Assembly: GCF_044704955.1 (NCBI RefSeq)
Contig: NC_091987.1
Span: forward strand, 81,034,001 to 81,098,000
Direction of reading: 5' to 3'
Origin: Pristiophorus japonicus
Taxonomy: Eukaryota
DNA length: 64,000 nt
Made by a program: the position numbers and the translations under genes. Below, in pieces: positions 50,069 through 62,000 of the stretch (position 1 is its first letter; every line of letters begins with the position of its first letter). The notes beneath the pieces are model-generated. The model was not told where the DNA came from. It saw only the letters and a program-made list of their open reading frames with translations, and did no database searches.

Positions 50069-52972
50069 TCAGTACCCCATTCCTGCTTTCTCGCCATACC
50101 CCTTGATCCCCCTAGCAGTAAGGACCTCATCTAACTCCTTTTTGAATATATTTAGTGAATTGGCCTCAACAACTTTCTGTGGTAGAGAATTCCACAGGTT
50201 CACCACTCTCTGGGTGAAGAAGTTCCTCCGCATCTCGGTCCTAAATGGCTTACCCCTTATCCTTAGACTGTGACCCCTGGTTCTGGACTTCCCCAACATT
50301 GGGAACATTCTTCCTGCATCTAACCTGTCTAACCCCGTCAGAATTTTATATGTTTCTATGAGGTCCCCTCTCATTCTTCTGAACTCCAGTGAATACAAGC
50401 CCAGTTGATCCAGTCTTTCTTGATAGGTCAGTCCCGCCATCCCGGGAATCAGTCTGGTGAACCTTCGCTGCACTCCCTCAATAGCAAGAATGTCCTTCCT
50501 CAGGTTAGGAGACCAAAACTGTACACAATACTCCAGGTGTGGCCTCACCAATGCCCTGTACAACTGTAGCAACACCTCCCTGCCCCTGTACTCAAATCCC
50601 CTTGCTATGAAGGCCAACATGCCATTTGCTTTCTTAACCGCCTGCTGCACCTGCATGCCAACCTTCAATGACTGATGTACCATGACACCCAGGTCTCTTT
50701 GCACCTCCCCTTTTCCTAATCTGTCACCATTCAGATAATAGTCTGTCTCTCTGTTTTTACCACCAAAGTGGATAACCTCACATTTATCCACATTATACTT
50801 CATCTGCCATGCATTTGCCCACTCACCTAACCTATCCAAGTCGCTCTGCAGCCTCACAGCATCCTCCTCGCAGCTCACACTGCCACCCAACTTAGTGTCA
50901 TCCGCAAATTTGGAGATACTACATTTAATCCCCTCATCTAAATCATTAATGTACAGTGTAAACAGCTGGGGCCCCAGCACAGAACCTTGCGGTACCCCAC
51001 TAGTCACTGCCTGCCATTCTGAAAAGTACCCATTTACTCCTACTCTTTGCTTCCTGTCTGACAACCAGTTCTCAATCCATGTCAGTACACTACCCCCAAT
51101 CCCATGTGCTCTAACTTTGCACATCAATCTCTTGTGTGGGACCTTGTTGAACGCCTTCTGAAAGTCCAAATATACCACATCAACTGGTTCTCCCTTATCC
51201 ACTCTACTGGAAACATCCTCAAAAAATTCCAGAAGATTTGTCAAGCATGATTTCCCTTTCACAAATCCATGCTGACTTGGACCTATCATGTCACCTCTTT
51301 CCAAATGCACTGCTATGACATCCTTAATAATTGATTCCATCATTTTACCCACTACCGATGTCAGGCTGACCGGTCTATAATTCCCTGTTTTCTCTCTCCC
51401 TCCTTTTTTAAAAAGTGGGGTTACATTGGCTACCCTCCACTCCATAGGAACTGATCCAGAGTCAATGGAATGTTGGAAAATGACTGTCAACGCATCCACT
51501 ATTTCCAAGGCCACCTCCTTAAGTACTCTGGGATGCAGTCCATCAGGCCCTGGTGATTTATCGGCCTTCAATCCCATCAATTTCCCCAACACAATTTCCC
51601 GGCTAATAAGGATTTCCCTCAGTTCCTCCTCCTTACTAGACCCCCCGACCCCTTTTATAACCGGAAGGTTGTTCGTGTCCTCCTTCGTGAATACCGAACC
51701 AAAGTACTTGTTCAATTGGTCCGCCATTTCTTTGTTCCCCGTTATGACTTCCCCTGATTCTGACTGCAGGGGACCTACATTTGTCTTTACTAACCTTTTT
51801 CTCTTTACATATCTATAGAAACTTTTGCAATCCGTCTTAATGTTCCCTGCAAGCTTCTTCTCATACTCCATTTTCCCTGCCCTAATCAAACCCTTTGTCC
51901 TCCTCTGCTGAGTTCTAAATTTCTCCCAGTCCCCAGGTTCGCTGCTATTTCTGGCCAATTTGTATGCCACTTCCTTGGCTTTAATACTATCCCTGATTTC
52001 CCTTGATAGCCACGGTTGAGCCACCTTCCCTTTTTTATTTCTATGCCAGACAGGAATGTACAATTGTTGTAGTTCATCCATGCGGTCTCTAAATGTCTGC
52101 CATTGCCCATCCACAGTCAACCCCTTAAGTATCATTCGCCAATCCATCTCAGCCAATTCACGCCTCATACCTTCAAAGTTAGCCTTCTTTAAGTTCTGGA
52201 CCATGGTCTCTGAATTAACTGTTTCATTCTCCATCCTAATGCAGAATTCCACCATATTATGGTCACTCTTCCCCAAGGGACCTCGCACGAGATTGCTAAT
52301 TAATCCTTTCTCATTACATAACACCCAGTCTAAGATGGCCTCCCCCCTAGTTGGTTCCTCGACATATTGGTCTAAAAAACCATCCCTTATGCACTCCAGA
52401 AAATCCTCCTCCACCGTATTGCTTCCAGTTTGGTTAGCCCAATCTATGTGCATATTAAAGTCACCCATTATAACTGCTGCACCTTTATTGCACGCACCCC
52501 TAATTTCCTGTTTGATGCCCTCCCCAACATCACTACTACTGTTTGGAGGTCTGTACACAACTCCCACTAACGTTTTTTGCCCTTTGGTGTTCTGCAGCTC
52601 TACCCATATAGATTCCACATCATCCAAGCTAATGTCCTTCCTAACTATTGCTTTAATCTCCTCCTTAACCAGCAATGCTACCCCACCTCCTTTTCCTTTT
52701 ATTCTATCCTTCCTGAATGTTGAATACCCCTGGATGTTGAGTTCCCAGCCCTGCTCATCCTGGAGCCACGTCTCCGTAATCCCAATCACATCATATTTGT
52801 TAACATCTATTTGCACAGTTAATTCATCCACCTTATTGCGGATACTCCTTGCATTAAGACAAAAAGCCTTTAGGCTTGTTTTTTTAACACCCTCTGTCCT
52901 TTTAGAATTTTGCTGTACAATGGCCCTTTTTGTTCTTTGCCTTGGGTTTCTCTGCCCTCCACTTTTCCTCAT
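50069..52972 (-). CDS. CR1 ORF2, uninterrupted 967-aa APE endonuclease-reverse transcriptase
   Basis: CLNARSI, ITETW, GDFN, SDH, GVPQGSVLGP, KFADD; element spans 49965-53867. Confidence 0.95.
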   Translation of the reverse strand: MRKSGGQRNPRQRTKRAIVQQNSKRTEGVKKTSLKAFCLNARSIRNKVDELTVQIDVNKYDVIGITETWLQDEQGWELNIQGYSTFRKDRIKGKGGGVALLVKEEIKAIVRKDISLDDVESIWVELQNTKGQKTLVGVVYRPPNSSSDVGEGIKQEIRGACNKGAAVIMGDFNMHIDWANQTGSNTVEEDFLECIRDGFLDQYVEEPTRGEAILDWVLCNEKGLISNLVRGPLGKSDHNMVEFCIRMENETVNSETMVQNLKKANFEGMRRELAEMDWRMILKGLTVDGQWQTFRDRMDELQQLYIPVWHRNKKGKVAQPWLSREIRDSIKAKEVAYKLARNSSEPGDWEKFRTQQRRTKGLIRAGKMEYEKKLAGNIKTDCKSFYRYVKRKRLVKTNVGPLQSESGEVITGNKEMADQLNKYFGSVFTKEDTNNLPVIKGVGGSSKEEELREILISREIVLGKLMGLKADKSPGPDGLHPRVLKEVALEIVDALTVIFQHSIDSGSVPMEWRVANVTPLFKKGGREKTGNYRPVSLTSVVGKMMESIIKDVIAVHLERGDMIGPSQHGFVKGKSCLTNLLEFFEDVSSRVDKGEPVDVVYLDFQKAFNKVPHKRLMCKVRAHGIGGSVLTWIENWLSDRKQRVGVNGYFSEWQAVTSGVPQGSVLGPQLFTLYINDLDEGIKCSISKFADDTKLGGSVSCEEDAVRLQSDLDRLGEWANAWQMKYNVDKCEVIHFGGKNRETDYYLNGDRLGKGEVQRDLGVMVHQSLKVGMQVQQAVKKANGMLAFIARGFEYRGREVLLQLYRALVRPHLEYCVQFWSPNLRKDILAIEGVQRRFTRLIPGMAGLTYQERLDQLGLYSLEFRRMRGDLIETYKILTGLDRLDAGRMFPMLGKSRTRGHSLRIRGKPFRTEMRRNFFTQRVVNLWNSLPQKVVEANSLNIFKKELDEVLTARGIKGYGEKAGMGY

Positions 52973-53049
52973 CTCCTTTCTGTCTTTTGTTTTTGCCTCC
53001 TTTTTGTTTCCCTATATCTCCCTGCATTGGTTCCCATCCCCCTGCCATA

Positions 53050-53867
53050 TTAGTTTAACTCCTCCCCAACAGCACTAGCAAACACTCCCCCGAGGACATT
53101 GGTTCCGATTCTGCCCAGGTGCAGACCGTCCGGATTGTACTGGTCCCACCTCCCCCAGAACCGGTTCCAATGCCCCAGGAATTTGAATCCCTCCCTGCTG
53201 CACCATTGCTCAAGCCACGTATTCATCTGAGCTATCCTGCGATTCCTACTCTGACTAGCACGTGGCACTGGTAGCAATCCCGAGATTACTACTTTTGAGG
53301 TCCTACTTTTTAATTTAGCTCCTAGCTCCTTAAATTCATTTCGTAGGAACTCATCCCTTTTTTTACCTATGTCATTGGTACCAACGTGCACCACGACAAC
53401 TGGCTGTTCTCCCTCCCTTTTTAGAATGTCCTCCACCCGCTCCGAGACATCCTTGACCCTTGCACCAGGGAGGCAACATACCAGCCTGGAGTCTTGGTTG
53501 CGGCCGCAGAAACGCCTATCTATTCCCCTTACAATTGAATCCCCTATCACTATCGCTCTTCCACTCTTTTTCCTGCCCTCCTGTGCAACAGAGCCAGCCA
53601 CGGTGCCATGAACTTGGCTGCTGCTGCCCTCCCCTGATGAGTCATCCCCCTCAACAGCACTCAAAGCGGTGTATCTGTTTTGCAGGGGGATGACCACAGG
53701 GGACCCCTGCACTACCTTCCTTGCACTACTCTTCCTGCTGGTCTTCCATTCCCTCGCTGGCTGTGGACCCTTCTCCTGCGGTAAGACCAACTCGCTACAC
53801 GTGATACTCACGTCATTCTCAGCATCGTGGATGCTCCAGAGTGAATCCACCTTCAGCTCCAACTCCG
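53050..53867 (-). CDS. CR1 ORF1, 5'-truncated, with SGNH/GDSL esterase domain
   Basis: IVIGDSIVRG, VHVGTND, DGLHL blocks; the ORF-track N-terminus comes from the flanking older CR1. Confidence 0.88.
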
Positions 53868-55094
53868 CAAGATTGTTAGTGTTCTCCTTAGTGAATACCG
53901 AACCAAAGTACTTGTTCAATTGGTCTGCCATTTCTTTGTTCCCCATTATGACTTCCCCTGATTCTGACTGCAGGGGACCTACGTTTGTCTTTACTAATCT
54001 TTTTCTCTTTACCTATCCGTCTTAATGTTCCCTGCAAGCTTCTTCTCGTACTCCATTTTCCCTGCCCTAATCAAACCCTTTGTCCTCCTCTGCTGAGTTC
54101 TAAATTTCTCCCAGTCTCCAGTTTCGCTGCCACTTCCTTGGCTTTAATACTATCCCTGATTTCCCTTGATAGCCACGGTTGAGCCACCTTCCCTTTTTTA
54201 TTTTTACGCCAGACAGGAATGTAGAATTGTTGTGGTTCATCCTTGCGGAATAAAGGGTTATGGAGAGCAGGCAGGGAAGAGGAGCGGAGTCCATGATCAG
54301 ATCAGCCATGATCTTATTAAATGGCGGAGCAGGCTCGAGGGGCCAGGTGGCTTACTTCTGCTCCTATTTCTTATGTTCTTAACCAAGCTTTTGGTCACGT
54401 GTGCAAATTTCTAGTTATGCATCTCGGTGTCAAATTGTTTTATCTCATAATACTCCTGAGAAGTGCCTTGGAATGCTTAACTATGTTAAAGGCGCTATAT
54501 AAATACAAGTTGTTGTTGAATTGTATTAATAAAAACAGATGCATTTGTCATGATACGGACTTGTGGCTTAATGAGGGTTGTTTGTGTGTTGAGAGTCACA
54601 AATCTATAAACTGTGTCATCACAGTAGTTTAGAAAGAAGGACTTGAATTTATATAGCGCCTTTCATGGCCTGGGAATGTGCCTAAGTATTTAATGAAATA
54701 GCCATTTAGAATAAGATGGAAGACCTGCACAGCTGAGCAATGTAGTGCAGAAACCTACGAGGCAGCATTTGTGCTCTGTGCTATATCTACAGTACCATTA
54801 CAGTCAGGACTGAGCTTAGAGATATGTGGGAATTGTAATTGGTCATTTCAACATGATTAATCGTGTTTCCATGTTCATTTTCTGATGTGTATATTTTAAA
54901 AATTAGTTTTTCTTAAGTTTTTCCTTGTATAGCATTTGGATTGTCATATAATTACTAATACCATGTAAACTGATTTTAAAAAACAGCTCACCAATGTATA
55001 AAGATTAACATTGATTTAAAGATTAACATTGATTTAAATTTACCAAAGACCAAGGTCTTCATGAAGTTTTGTGCACTTAATTCATTAATCACCA

Positions 55095-55380
55095 CTTGCG
55101 AGGGAATCCAAAACTAGGGGTCACAAATTTAAGATAGTCACTAATACATCTAATGAGAAATTCAGTAAAACTTCTTTGCCAGCGTGGTTAGAATGTGGAA
55201 CTTGCTACCACATGGAGCAGTTGAGGCGAATAGCATAGATTAATTTAGGTGGAATCTAGACAAGGACATGAGGGAGAAAGGGACAGGATATGTTGACAGT
55301 GTGAGGTGAGGCTGGTGTGGAGCATAAACATCAGCATAGAACAGTTGGGCTGAATGACCTGTTTCTGTGCTGTAAATTCT
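55095..55380 (+). mobile_element. Old CR1 3' end fragment
   Basis: ACTAGGGGTCAC...GTGGTTAGAATGTGGAAC...GGGCTGAATGACCTGTTTCTGTGCTG. Confidence 0.65.
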
Positions 55381-56027
55381 AAGTAATCTCCATTTTCGAG
55401 CATTCAGTTGGAGCATGGCGCTTTGCACATTTACACAAAACTTTGGAAGTGTAGCTTTGTATTCAGCCGACAGTGAATGCAGCTTTAAAATGTGGGGCTG
55501 ATGGGTGCTTTCTCTTCTTGCATCAGCTGAGAGCAGTTAATTACAGTGGGGCCCTGCAGTAATTCTATCACTTACTGAATAGAGACATGTTCAAATTTCA
55601 GCTGGAACGGTCAGAGATCCCAATGTATAACCCGCAGATTCCGACTCCATCTATCGCTGGAGGAAACAGGGCATGTAATTCATGTTTTCCTGCAAGTATT
55701 GTTCTGTTCCAACTTTGGGGAAATGATATCAAGTACAATTATATTCATGTTTTATTTTGAAAGTTAAGCATGCGCTTGCTCTTCGTTTCAAAACCGGCAG
55801 AAAAGCCCCTGTGAAATGCTCCGTGAGGCTCGGATTTATGTAATTTAGCGCAGTCTGGCCCGGTAACATGTTCGTGCAATACACAATCAGAATACAACAG
55901 ATTTTATTATTTTGAAAAAAAAAACGTGGTTCCACAATGTTTATGGATTCTTGGGAGTTTGTATAAACTCTTTACCCTGACACTCACTAGTTTTCACTAC
56001 ATTAAAGGATATTCCATGTTCACAGGG

Positions 56028-56086
56028 TTGATCACATGGCATTTGATCACGTGACATCTGATCAGCTGACGTTTGATCACATGACT
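56028..56086. repeat. Four 15-bp tandem units, each containing an E-box
   Basis: ttgatCACATGgcat ttgatCACGTGacat ctgatCAGCTGacgt ttgatCACATGact. Confidence 0.8.
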
Positions 56087-59000
56087 ACTCCAGGACCAGC
56101 CTGTTGACGGTAAAGACTTAATTTAATTCTTGTGTGCTCAAACGAAGAAGCGATCAGTGTAAATATGCAAACAAACTGATCCAGAGAGACCAGGAACAAA
56201 AGTTTAGCTTGTCTCACAGTTAGGGTGGCGGTAGGGGGCGCTACATTAGCCTCCGCTCCCCTGGGTTAGGGTGGGAGAAAAGCAGCCAAGGATTCCCACT
56301 CCTGTTCGCCAACTATGTCTTTAAAAACAGAGGCCTAAGAAAAGCTGCTCTGCTGATCACAAGTTTGTTTAACTTTTGGCAGGGTAATACTATTTCCTTT
56401 TTTTCTCTCTGCTAGACCAATCACCATCAGAGCAAAGAGCAATACCTAGATGATCTACCTAGTTTGCACAATATCAAAGCTCAATCATTATTCAATTTTA
56501 ATCATCGACTTAATCTTCACTCCAGTACTATGAATGGACAGAAGTTAATGATTGCAATTATTTTCTTTTTAGAAGTTAATACCCTCAAAATGTTTAATTT
56601 GGAAATCATTGAGACTATTTGTTTGAACATTGCATTATTCCACAAGTTTTAAGTCATGTCAGAAACAAATAAGTTCATCCTAAAAAGAAAATAGGACGTG
56701 TATTCTATTTCACCAGAGATGCTGCATTAACATTTAAAATGTAGTTGTATTGGAACAGACTTGACTTTTCTCCATCGCTTACAGTAGTAGTGTAAACCCA
56801 ACAAAGGATTACATGCAGCTCTGCAATGGATCCCGTTGTACTGAATACTGTATAAACATATAAACTGCACAGGATACATTTCTTAAAAAGCAGATGTCTA
56901 TTTTCAGCAACTCTTAGTAGTTTACTCAAAGCTTCCGTAGGCTTGAAATGTTTATATAGAAACTTTGGAGGGCTGGCTGGAGATAAGAAAATATAATAGC
57001 ATTAAAAGACTGCAGCGGACCAGATAGCTAGATCGATTAATTTAAATATCTAAAATGTCTTGGGATTTAAAACCCAGCAGCTACGACATTTCTGGGCTGA
57101 GATATTTCCTAATCAAAAGAAGCATAATACATTTGAGAGGAACTGAAGTAATGCATATTAAAATGAAGACACTAACTTTACCCAGTTTTTAAAAAGTTAT
57201 ACATCCACTTCCAGCATGCTACTCATCAGTCTGGGAGTCAGAGAAGATGGTGAGGTGCTTTCATTTCTCTTTTAAGGTGAACTTTGCTGCACTGTTAGCC
57301 ACTGATAATCCTCTTTTCCCATGGTGGGAGCAGGAAGCGCAGCTATGGACTATAGGAGCACGCAAACACAAACCGCCAATACAAAGTACATTTCTCCCGG
57401 GCTGCTAACTGCCGTGCTCGGGGGATCAATCCACAATTCCAGAAGATTCCCAGACAATCCAGGAGGTTGGCAACCCTACTTGCATTGCAGATAGCCTAGT
57501 CAATTCTTGAGCCAAGGTGCTCAGCAATGTGATCAAATGCAAATTGACATGGTCATCCTTTACCTTGGTGAGAAATACACATTAAATATAATAAGTTATA
57601 TCAATCATTCATCCGAAATCATTAGTTGAAGGTAAATTAAGTCACGTTCTTTTAATGTCTGCACAAGTAATTCAGTAACTAGAATTAAATTTGGGTTGAC
57701 TTTGTAAATCAAGATTTCATTTTTTTAATAAATAATCATCTCACTCATTTGTATAATACTATACAATATGCTTTATTGCCTGCTAGGAAATAATGATAGA
57801 GAATAACACTGCAGCAGCATACAGCATTATAACAGAGGAAAAAGGAAATCTGTGTTTCAATCACAAAACTAAACAGACAGGCAATAAACAGTACGCAATA
57901 TAAAATGATCATCTGTCAAATTATGCAACTTTTATATAATTAGTGGCTTTAAACTCTTAATTATCAGTAGTAAAATTTCTGAATTCAATTTCTACAGAGC
58001 ATATTAGTAAGAAATATATAAGGGACTCTGCTCAAAGCAATACAAAGGAGCTATATACACAGGCACCTTCTGTAACAAGAACTGATTCTCGTGTGATGGG
58101 GATATCCTAATATCACCAAGAATTTTGCTTCATGTTTTCAAAATTATACTTCACTGAAATTACTCTTCTAGGAACATCAAAATGATAACCTACAGCAATC
58201 TCCCAGTCACCATAAGTGTGTTTAACCAAATAGCTTACAACCACATTCACTCTGCAAGATTAAACGGAGGATGACATTCAATCGCACCATGTACCCTTTC
58301 AATTAATGTTCTGAACTGTCGTACACTATTGAACATTGTACAACTAAAGGCTCTATGTCATCTACTTTGTTGCCTGCAACAAGAGAAAAAAGGCAAATAT
58401 TTCAGTATAGTGATGATGTTGTTGAGCATCAACAACGTCACCTCTGCTCTGTGCATGCCTATTAGTGTACTGATCCTACAAATAATTTTAAATGCCACTG
58501 CCACAGGAACCACAATTAGCCCTTTTCAGACATTATGGGTCCACCCAGAACAAATCATGAGACGACACAGGGCCTTTAAGTCTTAATTCTTGCTGCAATA
58601 GATCTCAATTCTTCACACTTGATGTCAGGATTGCTTGTCACTGAACAGCCAGCTCTTTGGAAGTGCATTGACTGGGACAACAACATAACTCAAGAAAGCT
58701 GTTAAACAAGTTTATATAATAGGAACCAGGACTGAGCAACAACAAGCACACTGGTCAGCCTCAGCTTGTGACTTTTGGTTCTGTAGAAACAAACAGTCCT
58801 ATTATGGGCAATGTAATTGCATCACTAATGTGGATACTCTTGTGAATTAAGTGATGTTGTAAAGTGTCTGATACATGAATCTAATTAATGTAAGTAGAGG
58901 TTTCAGCACCTTCCTGAGTTTTCAAACTGTAGATGGATCATTTGCCACCAAAACACTGCCATAGCGACACTACTGGTATCAATGGTTACATTTGCACATC

Positions 59001-62000
59001 TGAAACTCTATTTACATTTTATTGATATAAACAATTTGAAGTATATGGATCATCAAAGCCTCCAAAAACTGAATTGAACAACTACTGATTGTGATCCGTC
59101 TCATTAAAGGAGGAACATTTGCACAATTATAGCCTGTTGCTGATATAATGTTGACATCAAAACCATTGGCTCATTAGTGCAGTTGCCCAGTTCCCTGCAC
59201 CATAAACCCAAAGAATAAAATGAAAGTGAGCCAGTGGGTTCTTTCCAGCCTCCGGGAGCTACATCAATGTAAGTTCACTTGCTATGAATGTTCAAAAGGA
59301 AGTGTTCCACACCTTTCCATGCATCTGTAAAGATTGGGCAGTTGGCATTTCATTTAAGACCCAAAATGTGGTATGGTAATAGCACTGTTTAAACAAGGCC
59401 ACCAATCTAGACTTTAATTGGAATCAAAAATTACGATGTGAACAGTACAAAAACAATAGAGTGGATGTTAATTAAAAAACAAAGAGAGAATCTATAAACA
59501 AACTTTTTAAAAAAAAGACAGAAACAATCTAATTAAAGTTTATTTGGGGCCCATAATTAATTTATTTAATCACTGCTAGAGACAAGACTACAATGGACAT
59601 GTAAATTGTCATTCAACTGATGCTATGGATGTGTAAAGTTTAAACTGCAACTTTGCTCTGCTTTTTTACAAACTGAACACATTTTTACCTGCACAGTCTA
59701 CTCTTAATTCATAGTTGCTTAATTCAAATTATCTGAATTATTAATTTTTAAGCATCTTATGGCATCTTAATTCCCACTTTGCTGTCTTATTTACATTGTT
59801 TAATTCAAAATATTAGAGATTTCAATTTTTAATTGGAAAAAAATGACAATTACAAGAATGTATAAACCACTGTTGGTATGAAACAAGTGGGGGTCTCAGA
59901 ATATCATAACCAAAGCCCAAACGCTACAGTTCAGATGTTTATAAGGATAACTGTTGGTTTGCTAGGCTAGTCAACACAGTTTTGACTGCCCACTGCAAAC
60001 TAAGTATTCTAATGAAATATAATTCCTTTAATACTTCGTGAATCAGGAAACATCCCTCCATTTTTGGTATTAAAATTAAAATCAATTGTACATCATTACA
60101 CCATCCCACCCACCCACCCTCCCAAAAAATTAAATATTTCAGCCGATCTGTTGAGCCACCATTTAAAAATATACTACTGGAATCATTTTGTTAATTGGCC
60201 TAAAACAAATTTGAATTTATAAAATAAACTGCATTGTACATTTGGTCAAAAAATACAGATGTATCACTCAGCTCTCTATGAACCCTTTGTAGGCAATATT
60301 CCATGCTTCTATTAGTAGGCAATGTTTTATTACTGTACATCCTCTCTATCATTATTTGGGTGCTCTACTGGTCTTGCTGCTTTGGCCAGGACTTGAACCT
60401 GTGACCAAAAGGGTAAAACACAAACATGTCAGCTGGAACACACAACTGGGTCAGTAGAGTTATCTTTTCTTCCAAATTTATATTTTCCAAATATTAAACT
60501 TTCTCTCAATTCAGAATCAAATATCTAAGAAATGCTGTTACGAATGATCTCTTTGGCTACAAGGTGTTACTGCAGCACTTATAAATAAGACATCACACGA
60601 TAAAACAAGTTTAACTTTTGTAAAGCTGTCTTTGTTTTCAACTCCAATTCAAAAAAAAGTTAAATACCATCCTAAACATTTTTAAGGCCAAATAAAAGTG
60701 TCTCCTAGAATACACTGCATATTTTGAGTTTGTTAAATATGCCTAACTATAGTACGTAAACAAAAATCTTTTTTTCCAAGTTATATTATCCATTCTGTTA
60801 AAATTCTAACTTTATTTAAAATAAACATCTACAATAAAAAAAAATGTGCATGTTAGATCTGAGTCAGGAAATTTATTCTCAACCACAATGAAAGTGTAGA
60901 TCAACATCCCAGGTTCACTTGTCTGAATGAAACATTAATTACTTGGCAGTAATAATTTGTTGCTGTTTCAGTCACTATTTATAGGGTATTGTTTAATGAT
61001 AAACTTATTAACTCTCAGCTCAGCAATTACTTATTTATGTGACAAGGGTTCTCAAGTCCATCTTTCGTTAACCGAGTAACTTGTCAACTTGGTCTGAAAC
61101 AAAATTAACTGGGATAACTGTTTACAATCAGAATTAGTCAAATTTCCAGTCTATGTATGTAGGATATGGAGTGATGCATTTAAGACTGCTATATTGTTTT
61201 CCCTCTTTTCTGCATCAATACAAGAGAAAAAAACTCTAAATACACACAACGGCATTCTTAGAAATGTCACACCCATTGCACTCTCAATGGAAAAAGCGAT
61301 AGTAATCCATTTATTCAGGGGCTACAGTGAATGATCAGTTACTGCATTTCCTAATACTAAAAGCCCCAATTAAAAGTCACTAGCATAAATTATTTGGATG
61401 GTGCTTTGTAAGTAAATCTCATCAAGGATTAGACAAATCCTTTCTGTATAAATCAGGCTATAACTGCCTGAACTATTTCCATACAGAATAATATATTTTT
61501 TTAGGAGCAGATGGATCTGTTAGGTGTTTTTCTTTTACTAAGTCTCTTGCAATAATGGTCAGTGTGTATTAGTGAGCACTTCAATGATACTTTAAACTTC
61601 TTTTTTGACGAGCAAGATTTGACAGTAGCATGGGCATTGCTAACCAGCCGTAACTGGCATTGTTTTTAAGTGTTTCCAAATGACTCTAAAGAAAGTTACA
61701 TTAAAAGAGATATCAAATTGTGACAGAATTCTCAGGCCACCAGGGAATGCTGTTAAAAAGAACTTCCTGCTCACAGTTCTATTACCAATTAACAGGCACA
61801 GTATCAGTTGGGCGCAATCAAAACTGGCTCTTTATCACACCCATCATCTCACCAACAGCTACAGTTTGATTTAGTTGTTCTTCAATGATTACCCAGTATA
61901 TTCTTATAAAAAACAATATATTACTGGGTAATTTTGATAACTATCTTGCCAATAATTTCCTTCACCTCTAACCAATGTATTAAAAAAAAGGAGTGTGAAA

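Larger units (their letters stand above)
48278..54245 (-). mobile_element. CR1 (-), frameshifted, split into 48278-49965 and 53868-54245 by a younger copy
   Basis: ORF2 text GSVFTKENTNNL | DINGVRGSSKGEE rejoins across the insertion. Confidence 0.85.
47735..54380 (+). mobile_element. CR1 3' fragment (+), split into 47735-48277 and 54247-54380
   Basis: RPHLEYCVQFW; apparent TSD GGAATA on both sides of the inner insertion. Confidence 0.8.
44190..54520 (+). mobile_element. L2-clade LINE, degraded and fragmented by nested insertions (pieces about 44190-45406, 46353-47705, 54380-54520)
   Basis: LQNVRSL, GGGVAL, LGDFNLH, SDHF, MYTDDTQLY, SRLDYFNALL; 3' tail GGCGCTATATAAATACAAGTTGTTG. Confidence 0.82.

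Noticed and set aside
52056-53078. 340-aa plus-strand ORF and similar ORFs at 29557, 28927, 51426 and 15278
   Set aside because: Antisense shadows of CR1 ORF2 or env; recur with each repeat copy; no domain features
53868-53946. Apparent novel N-terminus of CR1 ORF1
   Set aside because: Chance in-frame fusion with the ORF2 remnant of the older CR1 into which the element inserted
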